Shown in pieces: positions 52,479 to 64,000 of a DNA stretch of 64,000 nucleotides. Within the stretch, counting starts at the first letter, position 1; every line of letters begins with the position of its first letter. Under the pieces are notes generated by a model. It ran no database searches, was not told the DNA's origin, and saw only the letters and a program-made list of their open reading frames with translations. Origin of the DNA: Octopus sinensis (Eukaryota); NCBI RefSeq assembly GCF_006345805.1, contig NW_021830457.1, positions 2,390 to 66,389 of the forward strand, written 5' to 3'. The translations under genes and the position numbers were made by a program.

Positions 52479-52836
52479 GTGGCACTCCGTCGGTTACGAC
52501 GAGGAGGGTTCCAGTTGATTCGATCAACGGAACAGCTTGCTCGTGAAATTAATGTGCAAGTGGCTGAGCACTCCACAAACACGTGTACCCTTAATGTAAT
52601 TCTCGGGGAGATTCAGCGTGACACAGAGTTTGACAAGGCTTGGCCCTTCGAAATACGGGCACAACAGAAACAGGATGAAAGAGTGAGAGAAATTTGTGGT
52701 GAAAGAGTACAACAGGGTCCGCCACCACCCCCTGCCAGAGCATCGTGGAGCTTTAGGTGCTTTCGCTCGATAAACACTTACAACGTCCGGTCTGGGAATC
52801 GAAACCGCGATCCTACGACAGTGAGTCTGCTGCCCT
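52479..52836 (-). mobile_element. Chimeric SINE with family-E head and family-D tail
   Basis: Head matches 23824-24070; tail matches 30920-31090. Confidence 0.75.
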
Positions 52837-53198
52837 AGGTGGAATAATCGAGTACATTGACCACAGTATTTGTGTCGTACTTATTTCATCGACCTCGAAA
52901 GGATGAAAAGTAAAGCTGACCTCGGGGATATTTGAATTCCAAGCGTAAAGACGGACGAAATGCCGTTAAGGAATTAAGGAATTGATTTCGTCTCCCTAGA
53001 AACAAAATAATAATGAGTGAATGATTGTAGAGGAAGGAAATTTTATATCAATTACTTTCTTTAAACGTTTCTCATCTCGTTACGTTGTATATCAGGTATG
53101 TTGGGTTTTCGGAGGTTCTTACATTGCATAGAAATAAATATTGAATTCTCTCACAACCCATAAGTCTGTTTGTCTGTCTTTCTATTTCTCTATGTATA

Positions 53199-53429
53199 CA
53201 TTTCTTTACTACCCACAAGGGGCTAAACACAGAGAGGACAAACAAGGCAGACAAAGGGATTAAGTCGATTATATCGACCCCAGTGCGTAACTGGTACTTA
53301 CTTTATCGACCCCGAAAGGATGAAATGCAAAGTCGACCTCGGCGGAGTTTGAACTCAGAAGGTAACGGCAGACGAAATACGGCTACGCATTTCGCCCGGC
53401 GCTCTAATGTTTCTGTCAGCTCGCCGCCT
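53199..53429 (-). mobile_element. Young family-B SINE monomer
   Basis: 16-bp TSD tatttctctatgtata at 53183-53198 and 53430-53445. Confidence 0.95.
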
Positions 53430-53564
53430 TATTTCTCTATGTATATACACACACACTTGTGTGTGTATATAAGTGTATATACATATCTGTCTATCTATCT
53501 GTCTGTGTATACACACATACATACACACGTGTGTGTATATATATGTATATACATGTCTATCTAC

Positions 53565-53614
<50 letters not shown>

Positions 53615-53618
53615 CTAC

Positions 53619-53690
<72 letters not shown>

Positions 53691-54689
53691 GTCTATACAC
53701 TCTCACACACATAGAGTCGAGAGTGCTAATGTACGAAACTCTCGATCTTCTGTCATTCTGTAACCTCTGATAATTATTATTTAAAATATGCATCAATACA
53801 TGTATGTATGCAAGCATACAAGTACATACATGTGTGTGAGAGTACGTGTGTATGTGCGGGTGTGTGTGCGCGAACGGGTGTTTTGTTATATATTTAAACC
53901 ATGTACGAAGTGAGCGAATGATATCACATGCACATATACACAAGTATATTTACACATAAATGAACATGTATATACATGCGTGTGTGTGTGTGTGTGTGTG
54001 TGTGTAAATATGTATCCGTTTACGTACGGACATAGTTACCATATCACTGACATGTCATAGACACACACATACATGCACACACATGGACAAATACATATCC
54101 ATTACTTATACATAAATACATACACGTACGTATACATCCGCACTTCCACACACACAACATTAAGCCATCCACATTATACTAGTCCGCCTAAACTATTTGT
54201 TCCTTTCATACAATGAACCTTATTAATAAGACTATTACATGTGTAAAATGTAGCGCGATGTGAGCGAGTCATATATCGCATCAAATAATACGGTAGCATG
54301 AAAGCATCATAATACGACTGAAATAGATATGGTTGCGTGTGATATGTTAGATTAGTTTGAACCCCGTGAAAGTGAACTCTTTTAGTTAATTTGACACTAA
54401 ACGTAGCGGGAGTTGCCGCGGGTCATATTACAGCTGACATGTTCATTCGGAATCGCAATTTCATGAATTTATAACGTATATAATTTGATAATTTCGATAT
54501 GTAATAAGATGCATGTAAAACGCCAGAACAAACTAAACAGCCATTTTGTACGCTCGGCTGGGTCCCTTTGCTGTTGTGGCTACTTTGATATTTCGCTTGC
54601 ATTGTACAAATGATGGAAGGTTACCCAGTTTGGGGTCGAAGCAAAGCGAATCAATTTGATACAGTTATGTCGTCTGTATCATGTATGAT

Positions 54690-54723
54690 AATAGTAATGA
54701 TGATGATGATGACGATGATGATG

Positions 54724-54775
<52 letters not shown>

Positions 54776-55245
54776 AAATAATAATAATAATAATAATAAA
54801 ATAATAATAATATAATAATAATAATAATAATAATATAATAATAATATAATAATAATAATAATGAAAATAATAATAATAATAATAATAATGATGATGGTGA
54901 TGATGATAATAATATCCGAGTGAGTAATTCGTCCGCTTAGCTGTAGTTATACTAATTAGTTTAACTTTCGCGCCTGCTCATACATGCACGCACGCGCGCA
55001 CACGCATACACACACACACACGTATGTGTGTGAATATATGTATGCACTATAAATATATATATATATATATACACATAAATATATATTAATATATAAATAT
55101 GTGCGTATATATATATATTTATTCATATATATACGTATACATATATCTACATATATATATATACACATATATATTTGCATAAATATATAATATATATATA
55201 TGTGTACATATATATATATCCATAAGTATATGATATATATGTACG

Positions 55246-55302
<57 letters not shown>

Positions 55303-55315
55303 TAAATATGTATAC

Positions 55316-55348
<33 letters not shown>

Positions 55349-55466
55349 TATATGCATACGTATATATATATATATATATTATATATATATATATATGTAT
55401 ACATATACACATATATATATATATATACACACACATACATATATTTACATATATATATATATATAT

Positions 55467-55497
<31 letters not shown>

Positions 55498-55600
55498 AGC
55501 GTATACAGGTATATATGAGCAAAGTTCTTACATGCATGCCACATTTATGCATATGTAATTGCTCACACATACACACGTGCACATTCCCATATATATATAT
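54690..55600. repeat. (TGA/TAA)n and (TA)n microsatellite block
   Basis: Direct reading. Confidence 0.9.
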
Positions 55601-55969
55601 ATATTGAGATTAGAGTATGCAGCGCTACGTGCACACTTAGAGGCGTAAATACATACGCAAACACAGACATCTAGACACATTCACTCAGCCATACATACAA
55701 TCGTACACACAGAAACACATACATACATACATACATACATACATACATACATACATACATACATACACTATATTCACATCAGAGTCTGTAGCGATAAATT
55801 CATTTGTATAATTAGGGTTGTCTGACGTTTTAATTCAGGCGTGTCAGATAATAAAGAGTAACTGCATGTAGTAGTAGTAATGGTAGTAGTAGTAGTAGTA
55901 GTAGTAGTAAGTTTTCAATTGTCAGAAACATTGAAACAGGCAGAGAGGAACACAGATATTCATATTAAG

Positions 55970-56427
55970 TCACGGTCACACGGAGACACAGGGAGACACA
56001 AGGTGACACGGGGAGACATAGGGCGACACAGGGAGACAATTAGGCACAAACAGACATAGGCACACACACATACATACACACAGAGCCACATACATACACA
56101 GGTCATGCGAAGACAGAGACACAGTGGGTCACAAAGACACACACATGCACACCGAGGCACAGTTATAAAAGGCACATGGAAAGACACGGAGGCACACGGC
56201 GATATACACACGCGCGCACATACATACGACCATACTCAGATATGCAGATATATAAAAGCAGTCAGGAACACGGGAAGACATGGAGAGACACAGAAGCACA
56301 CTCAGAGAGAAAATGGCGCACACAAGGATACGGGATGACACAGGAACACATACGGAGAAAGGCATATACGGAGTGACGCACACAGACGCAAATGCACTAG
56401 GAGACGGTCACGGACAAGGAGAGACAC

Positions 56428-56463
<36 letters not shown>

Positions 56464-56570
56464 AGCGGGAGAAGAAATACCTACGTACACATTGATAGGG
56501 GCATAGTGTGTGAGAAAGTGTGGTACGCATAAGGACATAGAGTCACGGAGTCACACAAGCTGAGAGTCAT
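55970..56570. repeat. Degenerate GA/CA-rich minisatellite (ACACAGGGAGAC-like)
   Basis: Recurrent gacac/ggagac motifs. Confidence 0.6.
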
Positions 56571-56589
56571 GAAGTCATACACTCAAGAA

Positions 56590-56750
56590 GGCACAGTTCT
56601 GAGTTCAAATTCTACCGAGGTCGATTTTGCCTTTCATCCTTTCGGGTCCGATAAATTAAGTACCAGTGATACACTGGGGTCGATGAAATTGACTTATCCT
56701 CTTCTCTCAAAATTGCTTCCCTTCTGGCAAAATTTGAAACCATTATATTT
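56590..56750 (+). mobile_element. Family-B SINE lacking its 5' head
   Basis: gttctgagttcaaattctaccgaggtcgattttgcctttcatcc...aaaatttgaaacc. Confidence 0.8.
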
Positions 56751-56934
56751 ACGCTTGCTACCTCGAATTCTTATGCTGGATTAATTCCATCATAAAGAGG
56801 CTCAGGACTAACCAGTAATGTCTTTTTGGTTATATATATATTTTAAAAAATGCTTTTTTGGTGGGTGGTGTTGGAGGCGTCTGAGTGAAACTATGTTTTT
56901 TTTTCTTTTTTTTTGGTTCTATCTAAAAACAGAA

Positions 56935-57295
56935 GTCTCCATCCCTTGACAACCGATGTTCGTATGTTTACGTCTCGTAACTTAGCGGTACTGCAAAGAG
57001 ACCGGTAGAGTAAGTACTTGGCTTACAAAGAATAAGTCCTAGGATCAATTTGTTCGACTAAGACCCTTGAAGGTGGTGCTCCAGCATGGCCGCAGTCAAA
57101 TGATTGAAACAAGTAATAGAATAAAAGAATATATTAGCTTCTTTCGGTTTCCGTTTACCAGATCCACTCACAAAGCTTTGGTCGGCCCGTGGCTATAGTA
57201 GAGGACTCTTGCCCAAGGTGCCATGCAGTGGGTCTGAACTCGGCACCATGTAATTGGTAAGTAAGCTTCTTACCACACAACTCAGCCAAGCCTGC
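56935..57295. mobile_element. Family-A 3' half (+) abutting a family-A 5' half (-)
   Basis: Body motifs read in opposite orientations on either side of about 57130. Confidence 0.75.
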
Positions 57296-57769
57296 ATAGA
57301 TTCCGTTTACGGAATTTTTCTCACAAGGAATTGGTCAACGCAGCCGGAAGATGAATGGAATGAAAGAAATATTCAAAGCAGAGAGCAGCTAAAACGTGTT
57401 CAGTTGACTTCCTGTAGAATTTAATTCCAATGTCAGGTCATTGTTAATTAATGTTATATAAGCCTCACCCTTAACCCCCCCCTCCTCCAGTGGCTGGAGG
57501 TCGTCGAGTGCTGAATTATATTTCCGCCTGGTAGACTCTTCACAAAAAGAAACAAAACAAAACCAAAGAAAAAGGAAAATAAATCAAAAACGAAAACAAA
57601 AAATCGTTGTCAGAACCACGGTCCACAATGTCTTTGATCACCTCAGGAATGTAGCAGGAAGCAAAGAGGCGAATTGGAGAGAGGGAGGGGAAGAGGAAGA
57701 GATAGAGAGAGGGAGGGAGAGAGAGAGAGAGAGAGAGAGGAGTGAGAGAAGATATTAAGACTATGACTT

Positions 57770-57930
57770 AAGTGCAGGCGTGGCTGTGTGTTAAGCTTGC
57801 ATCCCATTCACACGGTTCCAGGTTCCATCTCACTTGATGGCACCTTGGGCTGGTGTCTTTTACTATAGTCACGGGTTGACCAAAGCCTTCTGACTGGATT
57901 TGGTTAACGGAAACTGAAAGAAGCCCGTCG

Positions 57931-57986
<56 letters not shown>

Positions 57987-58185
57987 TCCCCCCACCCCCC
58001 ACCCCCCGCCTGACAATCGGTCTGGTGTGTTTACCTCCGCGAAAGTTGGCGGTTTGGCAACAGAGTCAGATAAAATAGTTATCGAGCTTAAAATTAAAAT
58101 AACTTTCGGGGGCGATTAGTTCTGCTAAAATTCTTCAAGACGATGCCCCAGCATGGCCGCAGTATAATGGCTGAAACAATTAAAA
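57770..58185 (+). mobile_element. Family-A SINE, degenerate
   Basis: Head, ggcaccttgggc, central (TA)(TG)n, cagcatggccgcagt tail. Confidence 0.8.
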
Positions 58186-58276
58186 CCATTTTAAAAATCA
58201 AAAATGTCAAATGTTCCATAGGAGTTGTTTACCGTGCAACTGGTAGGTCTGCTGCTGCTGCTACTACTACTACTAT

Positions 58277-58319
<43 letters not shown>

Positions 58320-58563
58320 GCCACTACTGCTGCTGCTGCTGTTGTTGTTAAGCAACAAGACGGGTAAGGGTGATTAGGTGATGGTCTAGGTCATAGGGGC
58401 AGGGGACCCCAGACCTTGGAAAATAAAAAAGAATCTTTGGTCGTCTTATTGTAGTCGAGGGCTCTTCGTTGACGCCCGACACCACTGGGCGGAGGCCCTC
58501 GAAGTCGCTGGAAATGGAGATCTCCAGGTCCAAATTCTTGAACGGCTATTGCTGCTGCTGCTG

Positions 58564-58616
<53 letters not shown>

Positions 58617-59180
58617 GCTACTGCTTCTGCTGCTGTTTTACAGTACCACATATGTTACTGTTTCTAATTCTTGGAATAAATCGGTCTGATTCCCAATTGA
58701 ATTCCTTTTCTTTGGAGAGTTCAACACGCCGCACCATCTCATTATAATTGTTCTCATTATAAGCTTTGGGTTTTTTTCCGTCCGTTTCTGAAGATTAAAT
58801 GATAATCCAATTAATTAAATGATAATCCAATTAAAACTGTCAGCTTATAATCCGCTATATATTCTCCAACAGACGACCCTAAACATTAGGCCCATCTGCT
58901 GATTGGGTACTAAACTCATCCTTTAGTTTCAGAAAACTCGTCGAACATGGCGATTAAAATATGCTCTTTGTACGCGGTTTGTGAAATCTATGTCAGATGT
59001 TGTCTCTGTGACGCTGTTTACTAGCTTTCAATAGACTTTGAAATACATATATTAACACACACACACGCACGCCCGTATATAAGTACACACTCACATACGT
59101 ATATAAGTATACGCATATATACACACACATACAATATACATGCAATTAAATATATATATACCTACACACATATATACATA

Positions 59181-60080
59181 GGGACATCAGATGCAAGGAA
59201 TGTTGTTTATGTTGCATATTTCGGTTCTCTGTTTACTTTGATCGTTGATAGAAAACAAAAGTTCGTTTTCTATGTTTTTGCTTTTATGTTTTCGTTTCTC
59301 ACTGTGTCTACGTTTCTTTGATGCCCTGTACCCATATATGCATGTATATATACATATATATATGTAGGTATGTACATATATGTATGTATATATGAAATTA
59401 TCTATATATTTTTTATATTATTATATGATCGAACACCACGCATCCTATTAGAAGTAAGTTTTATCTTAATAAATACGAGGCGCACACTTATTCTATCTCT
59501 TCTCTGTCTATCTATCTCCATCTCTTGTTCTTCTTTCTTTCTGTTTTTCCCTCCCATCCTTTTTTATTATCCTCCTCTCCCCTTCACCGTTCTTTCTCTC
59601 TCACTCATCCTCCTTGACTCTCTCGTGACTGACACGTGACGAAAGGCGATCAATCTTTCTTTCTTCCACTACCTTCCTAAAGATAAGACGTGCTTTTACC
59701 TGTCACTTCTCAAAGCTTGTCTTTCCAACGTTCATAATTTTTCACATCATCTTGTCTTAACCGCCCTCACCGTTTGTTTTTACTGTCTTGTTCTCACTTT
59801 CCTGTTTTTGCTACCACTTTCACCCTCCGCAAAAAAACTCAAATTTTATTTAATTTTCTTTGCGGGAAAGATTGTTTCAACAAAGTCGCGTATTGTCCCT
59901 ACCCTCGCAAAGCGGAGTTAATTAAACAGGGACAACTGATGAAGGGAATGTTCATTATGCTACATGTCTCGGTTCTCTGCTTGATGTTTTCGTTGTTAGA
60001 AAACAAGTTCGTTTTCTATGTTTTTGTTTATATGTTTTCGTTTCTCATTGTGTCAACGTTTCTTTGATGTCCTGTACCCA
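59181..60080 (+). mobile_element. Penelope-like partial tandem: two diverged terminal copies of about 155 bp, period 748 bp
   Basis: 59181-59335 resembles 59929-60080; the second copy begins gggacaaCTGATGAaggg. Confidence 0.55.
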
Positions 60081-60240
60081 TATATACATACCTACATATA
60101 TACATATATACATGTAGGTATGTACATATATGTACGTATATATATATATACACTTGTTAAACAGGACAGTAAACATTAAGGCAAGGCAAACATCTCAAGT
60201 CGCATACAATATTATTATACAATCTTATCATAGGAAGTCT

Positions 60241-60455
60241 GAAGGCGGCGAGCTGGCAGAAACGTTAGCACGCCGGGCGAAATGCGTAGCCGTATTTCGT
60301 CTGCCGTTACGTTCTGAGTTCAAATTCCGTCGAGGTCGACTTTACTTTTCATCCTTTCTAGATCGATAAATTAAGTACCAGCCACATGCATACTAATCGA
60401 CTGGCCGCCCCCACCCCAAATTTCGGGCCTTGTGCCTATAGTAAAAACGATTGTT
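60241..60455 (+). mobile_element. Family-B SINE with tail 2
   Basis: aaggcggcgagctggcagaaacg...aaatttcgggccttgtgcc; possible TSD ataggaagt at 60230-60238 and 60456-60464. Confidence 0.9.
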
Positions 60456-60536
60456 ATAGGAAGTAATCCGTTACGGCACTTACCTAGCGTACCTAATCGT
60501 TTAGATCACCTGTGAACTAAACCCCCATACTTTATA

Positions 60537-60598
<62 letters not shown>

Positions 60599-60603
<5 letters not shown>

Positions 60604-60774
60604 CTGCTTGCCTGAGGACATCTTTGTGGGGATATGATTCTGCCATTTGATGTGGAGGATTTTTCGGAGGCAGCGCAGGTGAAAGATGTTTAGGCGACGC
60701 TCTTGGCGTGTGTATAGCGTCCAGGTCTCGCTTCCATACAGTAGAGTGCTGAGTACACATGCCTGGTAGATCTT
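60599..60774 (-). mobile_element. Inverted 5' segment of an RTE LINE insertion
   Basis: KIYQACVLSTLLYGSETWTLYTRQERRLNIFHLRCLRKILHIKWQNHIP. Confidence 0.9.
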
Positions 60775-61334
60775 CAAATGGCAGAATCATATCCCCAACA
60801 AAGATGTCCTCAGGCAAGCAGGAATACCAAGAATGTTTGCACTCCTCACACAAAGACGTATGAGATGGCTTGGGCATGTTAGCCGTATGAAAGATGGCAG
60901 AATCCCCAAGGACATACTCTACGGAGAGCTTGCTAGGGGTACTAGGTCTGTGGGTAGACCGATCTTACGTTCACAGGATGTTTGCAAAAGGGATATGAAG
61001 GCCTGCAACATCAACATTAGCGGTTGGGAGGCAGTCGCCGGCACCGTGGAGAATGGCGACGTACAGTAAAAGAGGGTATACAGAGGAGTGACAGAAAGAG
61101 AGAGGAGAAATGGAAAGAAGGAAGAGACATAAACAAGAGACCATGGCACTACAACCAGCCAGGAACAGGTCTTCGCTACATTTGCAGTACCTGCCAGAGG
61201 GAGTGTTTGTCCAGGATAGGACTACACAGCCACAGCAAGAAATGTAACAGGAAATAAAATATAACAGCCGGACTAGACCTAGAAAAAAAAAAAAAATGCG
61301 CAACTCCATTGTCTCCCGAGACAGAAAGGATGCC
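60774..61334 (+). mobile_element. RTE LINE 3' segment
   Basis: WQNHIPNKDVL..RRMRWLGHVSRMKDGRIPKDILYGEL..G.R..GRP..; C-terminal CSTCQRECLSRIGLHSHSKKC; 3' end ccattgtctcccgagacagaaaggatgcc. Confidence 0.9.
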
Positions 61335-62006
61335 AAACAAATATATATATATATATATAACGTGTATTCCATTAGGAACGTAGCAGAGTGCAAGATAGAA
61401 ATCGCTCACCTTAACCATTACCAAATAACCGGTAGTATTACTAAATACTTCCAAGCCAAGGTTTGGGCATTTTTCGTGTACGAAAATAAAATTGAATAAG
61501 ATCGATTCAACAAGAAGATGGATGTATTAGCATTGAAGTCGAAGGTTTTGTAACTAACGGGGACAGCGGTTGTATATAACCAGAAGAAGTACAACTGGAT
61601 CCCCTTATACAGGTAAACTGTTGCATTAATTTAAATCCTGAATATATGAAGAACTGTGTCGTATGGAAACATGTGTAGGGATTAAAAAATAACTGTCGAA
61701 CTGTCCTCCTTCTTTTCGATTCTATCTTATTCAATTATATTTATACATATATTATTACGGAGATGTATTTGCATAGCCAGTGACTTGATCTGAGACTGTG
61801 TGCTGAATCAAAAGCAATTGCAGTGTGAAAGGTGTTTCCTAAGCTATTTAAAAAATACACAAAAACTTTTAGATTCATTTCAACATTTAAATTTTAATTT
61901 GTGTCAAAATATTTTCGTCACTTTGAAACCGCGACCTGATCAGTGACAAAATTAATTTAAATGGCGGCTTGTAAACACCTTCCACGCTGCAATTGTTGAT
62001 AATATA

Positions 62007-62089
<83 letters not shown>

Positions 62090-62110
62090 ACATATATATA
62101 TATATGTATA

Positions 62111-62398
62111 TACAATAAAATGGTAAATAATTTTCCTGTGGTTTTCATGTAACCAACAATTATTTACCGGTAAATTTCGGTATGTAAATACGACAAATTA
62201 ATTGTCAGGACCTTTGTAAGGTTCAGTATATAGTAAAGAAAAAATAAGATGGCTAGCAGCATGCTGTTTCGCCTCATACCGAAAGTATGACAAAGGTCCT
62301 GACAATTAATTTGTCGTATTTACATACCGAAATTTACCGGTAAATAATTGTTGGTTACATGAAAAACCACAGGAAAATTATTTACCATTTTTATTGTA
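62111..62398. repeat. Foldback element: 107/109-bp inverted arms with a 72-bp spacer (possible TA-duplicating MITE)
   Basis: 62111-62217 is the reverse complement of 62290-62398 except for two 1-nt homopolymer indels; both outer ends are TA. Confidence 0.9.
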
Positions 62399-62729
62399 TT
62401 ACCATGTGGATTCCTCATTCCATTACGATTACCCAGAAGGCGCGCATGGCAGAATTTTGGAGGGAAAATTTACGTTCCCAGTCGTTACTTGGTTTTAACA
62501 TCTGCGCACTTCCCCCCACTATCTGATGTCGCTGGGTCAGAAGTGGGGGCTGGTGGCTTTTGATAAAGCTATCGAATATAGCGCTGATGACGGAATTCAA
62601 ACTGATTTCTATGTTTGCGATCCAGAAACATATGTTCGCTATTAACGGTAAGTGACTGACTTCGTATATTTGCCACTCCGGTTTTGTGTATGTGAGCCGT
62701 AAGGGCCTTCGTTTTTGGATTCTCCACTT

Positions 62730-63040
62730 ATATATGTATATATAATATATATTATATGTATATATTATATATGTATATATATATATATGTATATATATAT
62801 ATGTATATATTATATGTATATATATGTATATATATATATGTATATTATTGTATATATATATATGTAATAATATATATGTTATAGATATATATGTATATAT
62901 ATATATATGATGTGATATATATATATGTATATAATATATATGTAGAATATTATAATGTATATTATATATATATGTATATATATTATGTATATATTATATA
63001 TGTATATATATATATTATATATATATATATATATATATTA

Positions 63041-63084
<44 letters not shown>

Positions 63085-63086
63085 GA

Positions 63087-63163
<77 letters not shown>

Positions 63164-63210
63164 GTGGTGTGTGTGTGTGTGTATATATTATACATATATA
63201 TATGTATGTA
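62730..63210. repeat. Imperfect (TA)n array
   Basis: Direct reading. Confidence 0.95.
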
Positions 63211-64000
63211 TCAAATGTATAACTATGTATACACTCTCGTATGTATATAATACATACGTCTGTTTTTGCATATTTAACACACACACACACACACAAAGGT
63301 ATAAAGTACCATGACTAAATGCTTGCTGTGAGTAGTAGTTAACAATGAAATCATTGAAACAACTAATAGTTTTATTGCGGACATGTTCTTTGCCTGGCCA
63401 GCATTTTGAGCCGAGATCGTAATGCTGAGACGAAAGCTATTGTAAGCGAGGGAGACATTCGCTAACCACTTAGAAACTTACAAGAACCGGTGCAATAGGT
63501 GATCCGCCGCAGTTTCGAACAGCGAAGCGAAGTTAAGAAGTCAATGGTCTTCGTGCGTTTCTAACTGGCAAACATATGGTGTTCCACGCCGCAATCGCAA
63601 TGGTCTTTATTACCACAAAACAATTCGCATCAGGTGTCTGTCTCTCTCTCTCTCCATCTCTCTCTCTGATTCCCTGTTTATCTCTCGCTCTTCCTCGTGT
63701 TTCCTTACTAAAAAGTATTTGAACAACTTAATCAGCTCATAACAATCACTTCGTCATATTTTCACAAGATGCAGGAAACAACTACCATTTATGATGAAAC
63801 CCTTTCAATTTTTTCCCCCACAATGTAATCTACACAAATCTCAACTTTTCTGTATCATGTAGCATGTTCAGTTACGTTCTATCTTTTTTTTTTTTCATAT
63901 GTTCTAATTATCTTCATTGTGAAATATGCTAATTAAAATCTTCCAATATTCGGATTTTCTTCTGTTGTAGCTCTCGGCTTACGATTTTAAAATCACAATC

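Noticed and set aside
54200-54690. Unique CpG-retaining segment with small hairpins, considered as a miRNA or conserved element
   Set aside because: No long precursor hairpin or recognisable mature miRNA; conservation cannot be judged from this sequence alone.

Overview
AT-rich, microsatellite-saturated animal DNA, probably intergenic or intronic. The tRNA-derived SINE repertoire and repeat style suggest a coleoid cephalopod, most likely Octopus (inference from recall, not a search). I cannot support any intact protein-coding gene: every long ORF in the track is a translation of simple repeats or a short decayed retroelement fragment. The window holds dozens of tRNA-headed SINE copies from at least five families (several with perfect 15-19 bp target-site duplications), decayed LINE pieces (CR1-like RT, HERO-like, RTE-like, one with a 5' inversion), two non-autonomous Helitrons, Tc1/mariner, hAT and piggyBac-type MITEs, a 4.7 kb (CAT/CAC)n array, 25-bp and ~43-bp degenerate minisatellites, a 309-bp tandem duplication and a 107-bp-arm foldback. 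The most interesting signal is a set of sequence-unrelated minimal hammerhead ribozyme motifs of the Penelope/retrozyme type. One lies inside a 249-bp tRNA-headed SINE bounded by a perfect 16-bp TSD (15158-15406). Another lies inside a 353-bp partial tandem unit (25986-26455). A dense cluster of CRE/AP-1 sites at about 50.6-50.9 kb is a candidate signal-responsive enhancer or promoter.
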